Shown here: piece by piece, positions 14,471 to 31,419 of the stretch
Layout: each line of letters begins with the position of its first letter
Numbering within the stretch: the stretch's first letter is position 1
NCBI RefSeq assembly: GCF_009914755.1
Contig: NC_060936.1
Length of the DNA stretch: 64,000 nucleotides
Reading direction: 5' to 3' (one strand)
Origin: the human T2T-CHM13v2.0 reference genome, Homo sapiens
Notes under the pieces: generated by a model
Seen by the model: only the letters and a program-made list of their open reading frames with translations
What the model was told of the DNA's origin: nothing
Databases searched by the model: none
Position numbers and translations under genes: made by a program

Positions 14471-16769
14471 ATTAAAAATTAAATTTTCCTGTCAAAAGAG
14501 CTTTGGTTCAATTATATTATGTATACTATTATAAAGTAATTATATATTTACTGCAAAATTTCACATTAAATATTTATGATTCCACATATTAAGTAAATTC
14601 TCTAATTGCCAATGTTAAAGGTAAAAGTTTATATCATACCCATAGGGACATACAATAATGATTTTTTGATCTTCCATACAAAACACCAAAACTACTAGGT
14701 TGAGAAAATTCTACAGTTCAATATTTTCTTCTATGGTACTCTTATAAAAAGATCAAATAGACACTATAAATGTGCTTCTTAGCTTCGAGAATAGAGTGTA
14801 GAATACCTTAGGCACTCCCAAATTCTTAAGTTTCTAAAACAGAACTAAAATACTAGTATTATTTTTAATACTTTATCTACTATTGAGTACCTGAGGAAAA
14901 ATCTTCAGGATATTTATATCAAGCAGGAATTCCGTGTAAGTTGCTGTGGGCACTTTTCTAGAGCTTCCAGCACTTGTTCTCTGTTTAGGTGTTAATCATC
15001 CTGTGAACTCGAACAAGTAAACCTCTGTCCCTACTTATTTACAGATGCTTTCAGCTCAGCCTTACCATTTTTGTAAGATCTTTCACATAAACAAGTGCTG
15101 TTTTGGTAATTTATACCATAAGGGCAGATAGTGATAATTAATATCCAATAGAATATCCTAATATTCTGACATTAAAAATAGGTTGAGTAAATGTTTCAGA
15201 GACTTCTAACTTTGATTTCTTAGGTATTCATTGGCCAACATTTTTCTATATTTCATGGATCATGATAAGTACCCCTAAACAGCAAAACAATCATTTTTGT
15301 GCTTCCTATAAATACAGGATCGGTGGGAAAAGTTAACCGAACAATCAGGACAGTGTAAAGGCAGAGAAGTGTTTTATTATGGGCCTCTTTAAAGATCAGC
15401 TCATCCTGCCCATAATAACGGGTTCAAATGATCCTGCATGAGTCTGCTATTAGCAGTTGTACTGTTACGTTATGCATGGCATTTGACTATTCATAGAAAA
15501 GGAAATGCACTGTTTTCCATTAGTGGTTTTCTATGAGTGTAAGTCTACAAATTACTGATGATGTTTAGCCTGATGTATTGCTCCTTTGCATATTTATAAT
15601 GTTCCTGTCACATTCATTATTAATATGAATATAATGTGAAGGACTAAAGAATATGATTTCTATCAATTTTAGATTTTGTGTTTGTGATTCAAGCACTTAT
15701 GCAAAGGTGACAGTGTATTTACATACCAGTTCACATATGCATGAATAGAAAATACCCTTGCACTATGTCTTGTATCATAGTTGGTACCCCAAAGTGTAAA
15801 ATGAGATACCAAAGTAATTTAAAGTAAATGTTATTTCTGAAACCAGGATATGATGACATTCTACAGTGGCTGACAATTTTTCTGGTCCAGAGGCACCTGT
15901 AGACAATTAATAGGAAGTCAAGCACACCAGCACACAATTATTCTCCAGCTTTTGTGGTATTCTCAACTTTTGTGGTAAATATTCCAAAAAGAGGGAATTT
16001 TGTAGGATAAGAATATGAACAGGGTTCCCCAAACTCTGAGAGGCTTATTATTTCTTTTACTGTTTCTGAGTATAAACATTTTTATGCCACATGATTTCTG
16101 AAGGTGTCTAGATGATGGCTCTTATGAAAGCTTAAAATTCTGGGTGAGTAAGAACAGAATATATCTTACATTGTCACTGCATCTGTCACAAATTAGATTG
16201 GAGACAATTTAGTTTTCTGGTCCCCCAAATTTATAAAGTTTAATATGAAAATAAATTATTAAAGGTTTTGCTTTCAGGTTTGACAATGTAGATATAATCA
16301 GACCATAAATGACAGATAAAATTTTTACAAAAAAAGAGAAAATAAAGCCCTAAAAACATGAGTTTAAAGGCACTGAAGAGTACTCGGCACTCAATTGGAC
16401 AAGATTCAATAACAAAACACATTGAGTTGACCTGTACATTTGTAGGAATTTTTCTCTTGGGACTTTTGGTCATCAGAAAGCACAAGCTTAGAGTTCACAG
16501 TAGTCTCAATGATTTACCAATGCAGTCAGAACTTGAAGAACCAACACCTCAAATAAAAGTCAATCATAGTTTATTTCAGGTTGCAAGCATATTTACATGG
16601 TTGAAAATTAGTTATGTACCTTACTACTTAGTAGACTAAATGAGAAAAATTATATATGATGCATAAAATATATTTGATAAAATTCAGCATCCATTCTTGG
16701 TTTGAGAACACAAAACTGAAACAAGCCCTAACCAAAAAATTTTTGGTAGCCAATAACAGCCAGGATCAT

Positions 16770-16943
16770 TGATAAGTTCTTGGAAATTGCAACTTTAAGA
16801 AAAACAATGTATAATAAAATCTATTTTTTCTCATGAACATTATAACAAAATGACATTGATTGAAATAACATTATTCACTTAGTTTCACTTGAAGTCACAG
16901 TTTCCAAGAACCTACTGACAATGTTAAGTGAGGGCTTTCCCTG
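16770..16943. mobile_element. MER6B-like TcMar-Tigger MITE
   Basis: Inverted arms gataagttcttggaaattgcaactttaag / cttgaagtcacagtttccaagaacctactgac...gttaagtgaggg. Confidence 0.7.
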
Positions 16944-16944
16944 T

Positions 16945-16946
<2 letters not shown>

Positions 16947-16983
<37 letters not shown>
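16947..16983 (+). repeat. (AC)n microsatellite, about 18 units
   Basis: Direct observation of a pure AC run. Confidence 0.98.
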
Positions 16984-16986
<3 letters not shown>

Positions 16987-17013
16987 AATAAGTGTATACT
17001 GTATATACAGATA

Positions 17014-17596
<583 letters not shown>

Positions 17597-19204
17597 TATA
17601 TATATGTGTGTGTATACATACATGGAGAGAGAGAGAGAAAGCACCGTATTTAAAGGTAAAATAAAAAAAATCCCCCAAAATATCAGAAAATTAGAGACAC
17701 TGTTACTCTAATTCTGGCACACACAATAAAATACAATAATGAGAGAAACAGAAGAAATAAAACCCCTGACACAACATTATTTATATAGAAAATCCAAAAT
17801 AATAAACATGTAAACTATCAAGACTATAAATAAATGTAGCAAGATCACTGGATACAATGTCAATATACAAAAATAAAATCCACTTCTATATATCAGCAAC
17901 AGGCTATTAGAAAATGGAATAAAAGAATACATTTGTAATAACATCAAAATAATTAAATATATTGGGAATTATCTAATAAAAGATGCCTAAAGCTTCTTTC
18001 TAGAAAAGTAAAACATATTTCTGGGAAGCATTAAAGAAATTTTAAATAAATTGAGGGTATAACATAGACTGCAAGAATATTATAAAAATGCTCCGTCTCT
18101 TAAAATTGGTCTTTGCATCCCAGACAATTTCAATTAAAATACCTAAAGATATCTTTTGTTTTTTTTTTTTTTTGGCCTGAAGAAATTGATAGGATGATTA
18201 TAAAATTTATTTGGAAATGCAAAATACCAAGAATAGTGAAGATACCTTTGCAAGGAACAACAAAGTTGAAGGACTTGTACTGTCTGTTATACCAACTTAT
18301 TTCCCTATGGTTGAAATACAAATTGAAAAGTAGATAGATGCAAACGAGTATTGAGTCCAGATACAAACCTATTTATATAATCACCTAATTTATAACAAAA
18401 GTTGCCACTGTGTTTATGCTAAATCAACAGAATATCCAGACAGAGAGAAGAGAACCTTGACTTCTACATTATACCACACAAAAAGTAATCAATTCCAAAT
18501 GAATTGTAGGCCTAAAAGGAAAAAGAAAAAATTTCCAGCATAATATTAAAAAAACTTTATGACCATAAAATATGCAACAATACCTTTTAAAAAAGCAACA
18601 TTAATAAGAGGGAAAAGATTGATACATTGAATTTTATTAGAATTTAAAACTTTGAGTTTATAAAATATATCACAATTAAGAATGTGAAAAGGCAGACCAG
18701 AAGATAAGAGAATATATTCAGGATACATATGTCAGAGGTAGAACTCATGTACATTTATATATAAAAGATTGTTATATATCAATAAAAAGGGCTTACTCTG
18801 CAATAGGAAAATGAGAAAATGACTAGAAAAATGTCTTTCAATATAAAATATTAAAATTACAACCAAACATCTAAAATATATTCAATATCACTAGTCAATC
18901 ACAGCTTTTTACCTGTATATGCCACCAAATTATCTAAAAGATAAAAACTGAAAATATGAAGCATAAGTGAGAGTACTGGGATACTAGAACTCACATACAT
19001 TACTGGTAGGTGAGTAAACTGGCATAACCACTTTTTAAAAAATAAATTTAAATGTATGCACATACTATGATGCAGCAACTTCATTTTCAGAGATATAACT
19101 AAAGTATGTATGTATATCTTTACATCAAAAATAGATGTACAAAACTGTGAAAGCAATAAACTCAATGAAAAACAAATCAAATGTTATCAAGAATAAAATA
19201 GGTA

Positions 19205-19806
<602 letters not shown>

Positions 19807-20487
19807 GTAGGTAAATTGTTATATACTCACACATAGTATTATAATCAAATGAATAAATCACCACTTGGTGCAGCAGCAGAGATGAATCACACAGATCATT
19901 GCTTCATAAAACAATGAAGAATTGTTGTATGAAGATGAATCTCAAAATTATAATTTTGAGTGAAAAAAAGCCAGAATCCAATGTATGTAATGTATGGTTT
20001 CACTCATATAAGTTTCAAAAACAAGAACAACTAGTCTCTTGATAAAACTCAGACTAAAGTATATATCCTGACATGATATCAAGGAAGAAGCACACAGATA
20101 TTTCTGGTTCTCATGGTAATCATTTATATTTTGATTTAAGTGGTTCTTGTACAAGTGTGTTCACAGTGAAAAAATTAAAGAAGCTATACACGTCATGCAT
20201 ACGTTTCCCATTCTGTGTACTGTATTTCAATAAAAATATTTTAAATAAAACCTTGATATAACATTTGTTTCAAGGAAGTTGTTATTCAAATAATTACTAT
20301 ATTTCTACTAATAGGAAATGTAAGATCATACAAGAGTACAGATGCTGTGCTATCATATCATAACATTTACTTCTGAGAGAAAAATCATGGAGAAAGAACA
20401 CGAACAAGCATGATTTTCTTGTTTTCACCATCCAAATGTTAACCTTCATTTATGGGAGGGAAATATTTTTTATATGAATCATAATAA

Positions 20488-20856
<369 letters not shown>

Positions 20857-21289
20857 TAATCCTGCTTTCAAAGCTTATTTCACTTGCTTATATTAATTGT
20901 AGCTTCCCTAAGATCTTCAGTCAAAATAAATGTTCCTTCTGTTACTCCAGAGTGCTTTGCTTGTTGTCTTTTTTTACTATTACAATACATGTCTAATTTT
21001 GTTTTATATCATACACCATACTTTTATCTAATGCCCTCTTCCTCATTGAACAGTTGCTATTGTAAGACAATAACAAGTACACACATGAAATATGTGGAGT
21101 TTCTATCCTCTAGATTTTCACTGAAAAGCATACACATTCATAAGGAACTATGAATTTTATACTGCAACAGAAACCTGTAATAAGTACTGCAACTGAGATG
21201 GAAGAAGGATACATTTGAACAAAATGTACCACAGGTAAATCTTATCAGGAAGGATATGAGCTAAATCCGGGGGTATAAGTAAGTTGTTC

Positions 21290-21540
21290 CTTTGTTAGTT
21301 CATTTAGTCAATTATTTAAGATTTACTGAATACTTCTACATGCCCAGTACTGAGATAGATGCTGGAATTGTACAAATGAATAAGATGCAGCCTCTACTCC
21401 AGAGAAATTCAGTGTTTAATAGTAGAAATCCACATCTTGACATATACTCACAACAAAGTGGACTGCACTGCATACGTAAGAGTTATATTTAAAGTGTTCT
21501 GAAAGCATAGAGGAAGGAGAAATAGTAGCTGGTGGTCAGT
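21290..21540 (-). mobile_element. L2 3' end fragment
   Basis: atttactgaatacttctacatgcccagtactg...gctggaattgtacaaatgaataagatgcag typical antisense L2 tail. Confidence 0.7.
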
Positions 21541-21549
21541 AGACATAAA

Positions 21550-21790
21550 AACAACATCGACAATATTTTTTGTGAGTTTAGCACACATAAAGCACTACAC
21601 TAAGGGTTTCCCATGCATGAGTTCTCTAATTTACTCCTAGACTAAACATTTCCAGTAGGCATTATTACCAGGTTTAATGGATGAGGAAACCAAGGGACAA
21701 GAAGGCAAGTTAGATTGCCTAAGGATACATATTACTCAGAGATTCAGGATCATAAACTCAAATTGTCTTATGTCAAAGCTCTGAAAATAC
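21550..21790 (-). mobile_element. MIR SINE
   Basis: gtaggcattattacc...atggatgaggaaaccaaggg...ttgcctaaggatacat...tgtcaaagct. Confidence 0.7.
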
Positions 21791-23739
21791 TATCCTCACC
21801 TTTAATCACACAGTCTCTGTGACATATTCTAAAGTGCTGCTTTTCTACCTTCAGGCATTAAGAGCAGTGACTGAAAATAATTTACAAAACTGTAAGATAC
21901 TAATCATAGATGGGGACTCAAAATTTTTACAAATTCAGATCTACATTCATTACTAATCTATCAGTAACACTGTGTTATAATGTCCTCCTTGGAGAAGTCT
22001 CTAGAGGGAGAGAAACTTTGAGCAGAGGTTAGGTAGGAGAAAAATTGTGAAGGGTGGGAGGACATGAGCACATTTCTAGCCCAGGAATATAGTAGATGGA
22101 AGACACAAATGACTAAAAGAGGTGATTTAATAGTGAAATTTCAAGCACAGTAGTTCCAGAAACTCTAGTAAAGGTATATAAAGGGAGAATAAGGCAAAAG
22201 TGCCTGAGTAAGATTTCATCAGACATAGGTATGAGTGAAGGGCATTCTGCTTAAATAAAATAGTGGCAGCAGTGAACAATGGTGTGACATTTTTAGCTTA
22301 AAGCTAGTAATACGTGGAAGCAAAATGTTAAATGAGCAAATAGTGCCTTGCACATAATACACATTTAATATATATTTATTGACTAGACTTTAGACTTTAT
22401 TATTTACCGAGTTACAGAAGTATAAAAAATTAACATGTTTATTTCCTTCATTATTATTTCAAGTTTTAGATACATAGCTAAGGGAATATGCTGTGCACTG
22501 ATTTTTTTCAGGAGTCTTGTTTCTTATTTTGAATTTATGAACCTTTACAATGAGTAATAATAATTACATATGCAATTTAGACTTGTAATTGTATAATAAA
22601 TCTCTACTTTCATGATATATCTCTGCTTGATATTTAGTACCTGGGATTAACATCTAGGATTACTAAATTTCAGAATCAAAATATATGCAGTATACACCTT
22701 AATTTGTTCCATGTTTGATTCAACTGATTAAACGTGAAGAATTACAAGGCAGTATAGGTATTTTGTATTGAAAATCTTCTACTGAAACTTGAAACTTGAT
22801 GTCTAAAGGAGATTCAAAACGTATCTGATGGTACAGCACTTGCTGAAATCTAAGTGTGAGACACAGGGTGTCACAACCCAAGATGACAGAAACTTGTGTT
22901 ACTGAGAAAAGCCTTTCCCTTTGACAAAATGTCTGCCACAAAGCATCCCACACTCTTTCATACAGAATGCAGGAAATTGTCATTTCGATGTTTTCTCATG
23001 CATGGATTACAGAAGAGAAAACAAAACTAAAGACCATAATTTTAATGTCTGAAGTGAATGAAAGAGAGTAAGCCTTAATTAGCCCATAAAATACAGAATA
23101 ATGGAAAAAAAAATCTACAGGAATTCCCGAAGACTAATTTTAGCTGGTAATTTTAATGCACTTCCCAATAGAACTATTTAATCAGAAATAATGAAAATTA
23201 ATGGCCACTGGACAGCACTTCATTTTCAAAGAGCTTTAGAAAAGTTAACACACTGTTATATGGATTTAGCTCTAATAGGCTTCTGGGTCACTGGCGAGCC
23301 AGTTCAAATATGGATCTACCATGCTGATTAGTTATGAGTCATGTATCTCCAATTGCAAGGGTTGTGCTTTGAGTATTCGTCAAAGACATTCTGTATAAAC
23401 CAGCTGTCCATTAAAAGCTTTTCTCCAAGCTACGTGAGTCAATTCAACAGTGGAGACGCTCCTTTTATTGTTAAGGAAAAAAAAATAACAATATGGGCAT
23501 GTGAGAGAGTAACTCAATGTTTGAATACATAAACAGGTTCCTACAGTAGAATGTCTTATTAAAATAATTTTGTTTAGGTGTTCAATACCAACTCTGATTT
23601 TTCTACTACAATTTCTTTCTGAACTAAAAAAAATGATTCCTTTAACTATTTTATCTTTCTCTGCTCATTTTCTAAGTCTTCCTCCCTGAAAAATATTTTC
23701 TTCTAACTCTGGATGGCATCATTTACTTCCAGCTTTTCA

Positions 23740-24440
23740 ATTCTCACCTGCATCCCCCTTGTAAGTCCTTGCATTCTCTAGTCTCCCACTGACAACCGCT
23801 TATTTACTTTCTGTCATTGGTTACATTTTTCTAGAATTTTATATAAATGAATTATACTGTAAGTACAGGTTTTTGTCTAACTTTTTAACTTTACATAATG
23901 AGCTATAATTAATCCATGTTGTGTGCATCAGTAGTTCCTTCCTTTTAATTACTGCATAGTCTTCCATGTCATAAACATCCATACATATATCCTGTGTATA
24001 TGTTACAATTTGTTTATCCATTCACCTATTTCACTTTTTTTCCAGGCTGGGGCTATTATGAAAGAAACTGCAACAGATTTTCAGATGTGTTAACAAATAA
24101 TTTTAAAGATATATGCTTTCATTTCCTATGGGATAATTCCAGGAGTAGAACATCTGCATCATATGGCAGATATACATTTAACTTAAAAAAAACAAACCTG
24201 TGAAACTGTGTTGCAAAGCAGTTGGGACATTTTAGCTCACCACTAGCAGTGTATGAGAATTTCACCTGCTCCAGGTTCTTAACAGCACTTATACTTTGGT
24301 TTTAGCTTTGTTATTTTAAATATGTAGTGTTAAAAAGTTGTGGTATTGTGCTTTTAATTTACCTTTCTGTAATGATGACAATGATGAACACCATTTCAGG
24401 TGCTTATTTGTCATCTGCATAACTGCTGCAATTGTCTGCT
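23740..24440 (-). mobile_element. Old L1M 3' region
   Basis: ttttctagaattttatataaatgaattatac...atccatgttgtgtgcatcagtagttcc...cactagcagtgtatgaga. Confidence 0.8.
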
Positions 24441-24449
24441 TAAACACTA

Positions 24450-24599
24450 CGTGTGTATATATATATTGCATATATACAGATATATATATTTTGTCTGTGC
24501 CTTTGACACACTATACATATATATAAAGTTATATATATGTGTATATATACACACACATATATACACATGTATAATGTAGAGAGAGAGAGACAGAGTGTG

Positions 24600-24600
<1 letters not shown>
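24450..24600 (+). repeat. Compound (TA)/(CA)/(GA) low-complexity repeat
   Basis: Direct observation. Confidence 0.85.
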
Positions 24601-26135
<1,535 letters not shown>

Positions 26136-27772
26136 ATCAAATGCTGTCTTTTTGTCCTAAATAGCATGTTTGTTCCCCATGTTCCTTCTTTACATAGTGT
26201 TTCAATGTAGTGAGTATTACTGAAAAAGCTTAATAGGATAGAATGTTTCATAACCAGCTATATGGAATTTAAATAATTAATGTTATAGGAGATATTTTAT
26301 GTTTAGGAAGTTTTAATTGCCTTTCCAAAATATAATTGTTATAATTTGTGTTGCAAAGAAAAAAATAGTTTCCATTCTCATTTAACTCTTAGCAATTTAA
26401 AATGTTTTATCAATTTAAGAAATGTTTTAGAAATCTTTTAATTCTCAGAAGTTGATTAGATACAAGTCTGATTATGTTTGATCCTGTTAGAGTGATGTGT
26501 TATCGAGTCTTATAGAGCTATTTCAGTTTACAGCAAAAAGCATTTGACCACAAAGCAAAGGTTCAGATAACACACTCTCAGTCTTTCTAATACATGCTCT
26601 CTCCTGTTAAATGCTTAATATTCCCAAAGGTAAATAGGAAGGCACTTTCTTCTGTATTTTCTGAAAGCAAACATTTTAGATCTTTAATCTTGGAGAAATT
26701 AAGCAATGATTTAACCTTCAAACTAAATACTATATAGCACAGACATTTGAAAATATAGCCTCAATGTGATTTTATCAGGATATTAGGTTTCATTATTTAT
26801 AATGTTTGGAGATTAACTACGTTATATATAAAGGCCAATGAAATAAGCAAAGTTTGTACTGAAACCATTTGAAAGAAGGTTTTCTCCTAGATAAATTAAC
26901 TGATTCTTTATCTTGATTAGGCTTCATTCTTTATTCCAACAGACACTTAAGTGGGTGAATCCTACAGACAATAAATTCACATTTTTCAATAAATTCAGTT
27001 TTTTTTAAAACTAATCTACTTCTCCAGATATCGATATCTGGTTTAGACTAGGTTTGATAAAATCCAAGAGAAATGTTGAGCCCTAAAACTTCAATTAAAT
27101 AGACCTTTGAGACCAGAAACAACTTGACATTGAAACTTTTATTTGTCTGGGAAATTATACTTGAATATTTTCAAATGACTCTGCATTTTTTTTTTGTTCA
27201 GACAAATAAGAACCAAAAAACTGGGGGTATTTACATAAAAGAGTAGCATATTTGAATCAAATTTCTAAATCATTGTCAATCTGATTTTAAAAATTGTGTT
27301 GACACTGTGAAAAGGTCTGTTTTATTTGTACTTATCAGTTATGTTTAAATCTTATTTCCACAATACATACTTCAGTGATAATCTATGTCAATAAATTATT
27401 ACAAGTGGAAAAAATACTTTATACAATTCAATAAAACCAGTGGTGTCTGGAAGAATGTAAATGATTAAGCCCATCAACTAACATTAAAGTATTTAGAACC
27501 AGCAAACCTTGGCAGAAAGAAGGTGTTGTGGGGAACTTTCAGAGAAGAATGTCTGTGAAAGTCCAACATGTCTAATTGCTTGGCAGAATATAGAGAGACA
27601 AAATCTCCTGAGAGGACAAAAATCTTCCTTTTGAAACTCCCAGTTGTGTATGCTCAGTGGGTTTTCGAGTGAATAAAGTAAGCTGGAAAGCACAAGAGGG
27701 CAGCCTGTGTCTACTAAACCTTGAATTCCAGAGCTATGTGTCAGAGACCCTAATCATATCATAGGAAAGTAT

Positions 27773-27868
27773 GGCCCAGACATGGTGGCTCATGCTTAAA
27801 ATCCCAGCTACTTGGGGAGACTAAGGTGAGAGAATCACTTCAGTTCAGAAATTTGAGACTAGCCTGGG
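27773..27868 (+). mobile_element. Old Alu monomer (FLAM-like) fragment
   Basis: ggcccagacatggtggctcatg...aatcccagctact...tttgagactagcctggg. Confidence 0.8.
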
Positions 27869-27958
27869 ATAAAAGACTATCCACTGGGTACAGTGTACAC
27901 TGCTTGGGTGATGGTGCACCAAAATCTCAGAAATAAAAATAAAAAAGAAAGAAAGAAA
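27866..27958 (+). mobile_element. L1PB-like 3' UTR fragment with A-rich tail, fused to the Alu monomer
   Basis: gggataaaagactatccactgggtacagtgtacactgcttgggtgatggtgcaccaaaatctcagaaat. Confidence 0.8.
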
Positions 27959-28269
27959 TGTTTGGAAGAAAATGTGTTTCAGGTCAAGGAGCTATATGCT
28001 ACCTACAATCTCAGCTGCTACTTTTAGTAGAAATTCTACTGTTAGTAGAACTTCAGAAGAGTTGGAATTTGACAATGAGAAAATATATTCTGATATTACA
28101 TACCAACTCATAAATTGAGGTCTCTAAATGCTGTGTATTAAAATTTTAATGCAATTCTATGCATACAAGAGATAAGATATTGGGAAGAGTGCAAATTGTA
28201 ATATACATCAAACATTGCATTTTGAGTTACACTCTTGTTCTTGAGTGTCTGCTATCGAAGACACGAATG

Positions 28270-28500
28270 TTAGATCACAAATAAGAGGCAACAGAATTGA
28301 CTGTGCTTTATTCATTTTCTAGCTGCAATGTTTTGGTCATGTTACTAAACATCTTTGAATTGTAGTTTTCCCACATAGAATAAATGTTATCATAATAGTT
28401 TCTATACAAGGTTAAGAATTAAATAAAATACTTTATATAAGAGAAAACAAGCAAGAAGCCAGCACATAAACTACAGTTACTGGTAATATAATTGATTATT
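28270..28500 (+). mobile_element. MIR fragment
   Basis: tagctgcaatgttttggtcatgttactaaacatctttgaattgtagttttcccacat...aagaattaaat. Confidence 0.55.
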
Positions 28501-29959
28501 AGTGATAATGTACACATGATGATTAATCTCAACATCACATAATTTACTCAGTATAGTTCTATCTCCTTTGTCATTGTTCATAGAGAAGCACATTTATGTG
28601 TTTGTCCCGTAGCTTATTTCTTCGTTATTTTTTACTCTTTTGACCCATTTTCTCTCCTGGTATGAAATCAAGATGGTGACTGATTTCTTAACATTTGCCT
28701 GTCTCTTGTTCTCCTACTTGGGTTTCTAGTTTTGAAATGCGTGTGAGTCCTTTTCAAAGTCTTTTTTTCCTAACATGGTATTGATATTTTGGATAAAGTT
28801 TGATCTGAATATTTGCTTCACATAGATGTCCTCTGAGTTTTTAAATAATCCCATCTAAAAAATTATGTATTATCCCTTCATACCATTAAGCTTTCATGCG
28901 CTGCCTTAAACAAGACTCTATCTGAACTCAGTTTGTAATTCATTTCCTCATTCCAATCAAGATTCCTGACTCTTAGTTTGAAAATGTTCTACGGAAAAAT
29001 AGAATGTGTAATCTTTGGCAAATTTTGATCTTCTGGTGAATTTGTTGTAAGTGCAACAAAATCTGTATATATGTAATAATCCTAATAACTCTTTCTTTTA
29101 TAAATAGGGTAGCAGAAATTCATCTGTAATTAAGGACTTTTACTATATTAAAAAGAGTAAGCTTTTTAATAAAAGAGGGGTAAGCTGGGATTGGTAAACA
29201 TCTCTTGTCCACAATTCTGCCCCTTCTCTGTGCTTTCAGCAAGAGTGAACTCTGTTTAATGGATGCACTTGACAGTGGCAATCCATTATAAGTGCTTTAA
29301 AGGCAGACATAAGTAAAACAACCTAAACCACAACCATTGTTAATAATTGATGTTTATTCATCATTGGCAACTATTGATTATAGACTTAAAAAGAAGTTCT
29401 TTGTGTATTGATTTTGGACCCTTTACTCTGCTATACAGAAAACTGCAAGTGACTTGAACTTAAGGGAAGTGTGTTACAATTCTTAAAAAATTAAGTAGCC
29501 ATTAAAGAAACAAGGTGCAGTGTTCCATGGCTTCCTGTGGAATAAAAACAGGTTGTCTTTGAAGAGATTCATGAGAGAATTCTCTTGAGTTTTTTTTTAA
29601 ACAGCTATTACTAATAATGCGGTTATAATTGAGAACTGTTTATCCTAGAGATTTTAAAGATGTGCATCTTACATTTTATAATACATGTGTAAGTTGAAAC
29701 TGAATTTTATCAATTGTTTGAAATACCAGACACGCTGTTGGAAATATGTCTAGTCCATTTGTTTTGCTCATGATTTCAAGCATCATTTCATTCTATGACA
29801 TAACAGGGGCCTATAAATACACTAATGGAAGGGTGGAACTGGTATAATGTGGTTTTCATGCTTACTATGGCCTCTTGATTTGAGAAATTACACAAATGAT
29901 GAGAGAAATGAGTCACAAGGAAGAACAAACTAGAACAAACAATACTTCCGTGCTATATG

Positions 29960-30170
29960 AAACCCTAATTTGAGGTGTAATTTGAACGATATAATTGCAT
30001 TCTAATATTGGAGCTATCATTCATTAGCTTGGAACATTTGACTTGTCACAAAGCCTGTTGTTCCCCACATAAAAAATGAGGGAGGATAAAAATTATTTAA
30101 CTCTCTAGCTGGATGTTGCAAATAGTAAACTGACAACATGTACATGGAATCAGATTAAAAAGTATGAAAA
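29960..30170 (+). mobile_element. MIR fragment
   Basis: cctgttgttccccacataaaaaatgaggg...ctagctggatgttgcaaatagtaaa. Confidence 0.45.
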
Positions 30171-30502
30171 TAAAAAAGGGTTAAGGATAGAGTCTAATTA
30201 TTACTTTTCTAGACTTAAGATAGAGAGGATATGCTAAAGCCATCGCAAATATAGAAAAATTGGTTAGAAGCAATTATAAAAGTGGTTTTAGTATCATGTG
30301 AGTATAATCATTAGTAGTTTCAAATGTCAAGCTGTTGAGACAACGTTTTTGAAGAAATATAAAATAGAATATTTAAGACAAATTGTTTCATTGTCAATAA
30401 CTTATCCTGTTGGGAACACAAGCAAAAGACTATTAAAATATGTATACCTTTCTATTATTGACTCTTACTTATTTCTATGAATGCATAAAATGTGTGCTCT
30501 CT

Positions 30503-30573
30503 TTATTTTTAATAATATTTTAACTTTTTTTAGGATCGGGGTACATGGCAAGTTTGTTATGTAGGTAAACTCA
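30503..30573 (-). mobile_element. Very short 5'-truncated L1PA 3' terminus
   Basis: tttaactttttttaggatcgggggtacatggcaagtttgttatgtaggtaaactc; flanks tgctctcttt / tgctgtcttt. Confidence 0.75.
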
Positions 30574-30734
30574 TGCTGTCTTTTTAAAGTGAAAAATCTA
30601 GTGCCATACTCTATGTTCATAACATTAGCAAGTATGTATATCCACCACATATACATCTGCTAAGATATACATTTGTATATGGAAATACATTTTCTAGGCA
30701 TAGTGGCAGATACCTGTAATGCGCTTTCATAGAA

Positions 30735-30935
30735 CTGTAGTATGGTGAAAATTAATACAGTTTGAAATAAAAAAGATCACTATTCACATCCTAGCTCTGC
30801 TGTTTACTAACAGTTTAATTTTAGATGTTATTTATTATCACTAGTTGATGGTGATCTTATTGTTATGAATTTAAATAAAAGAATGGAAGTGAAAATATTT
30901 AGCATGCTTGTCATATAGTAATTGCTCAATAGAGA
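30735..30935 (+). mobile_element. MIR fragment
   Basis: tagtatggtgaaaa...atcctagctctgctgtttacta...tagcatgcttgtcatatagtaattgctcaata. Confidence 0.65.
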
Positions 30936-31020
30936 TTAATATTCCTAGCAAGTCAACTCTATTTTCTTAAGACTTTCTATATGTAGCTGTGATATGGCAA
31001 ACATTATAAACATTTAATAA

Positions 31021-31405
<385 letters not shown>

Positions 31406-31419
31406 AGAATGCTTTTAAA

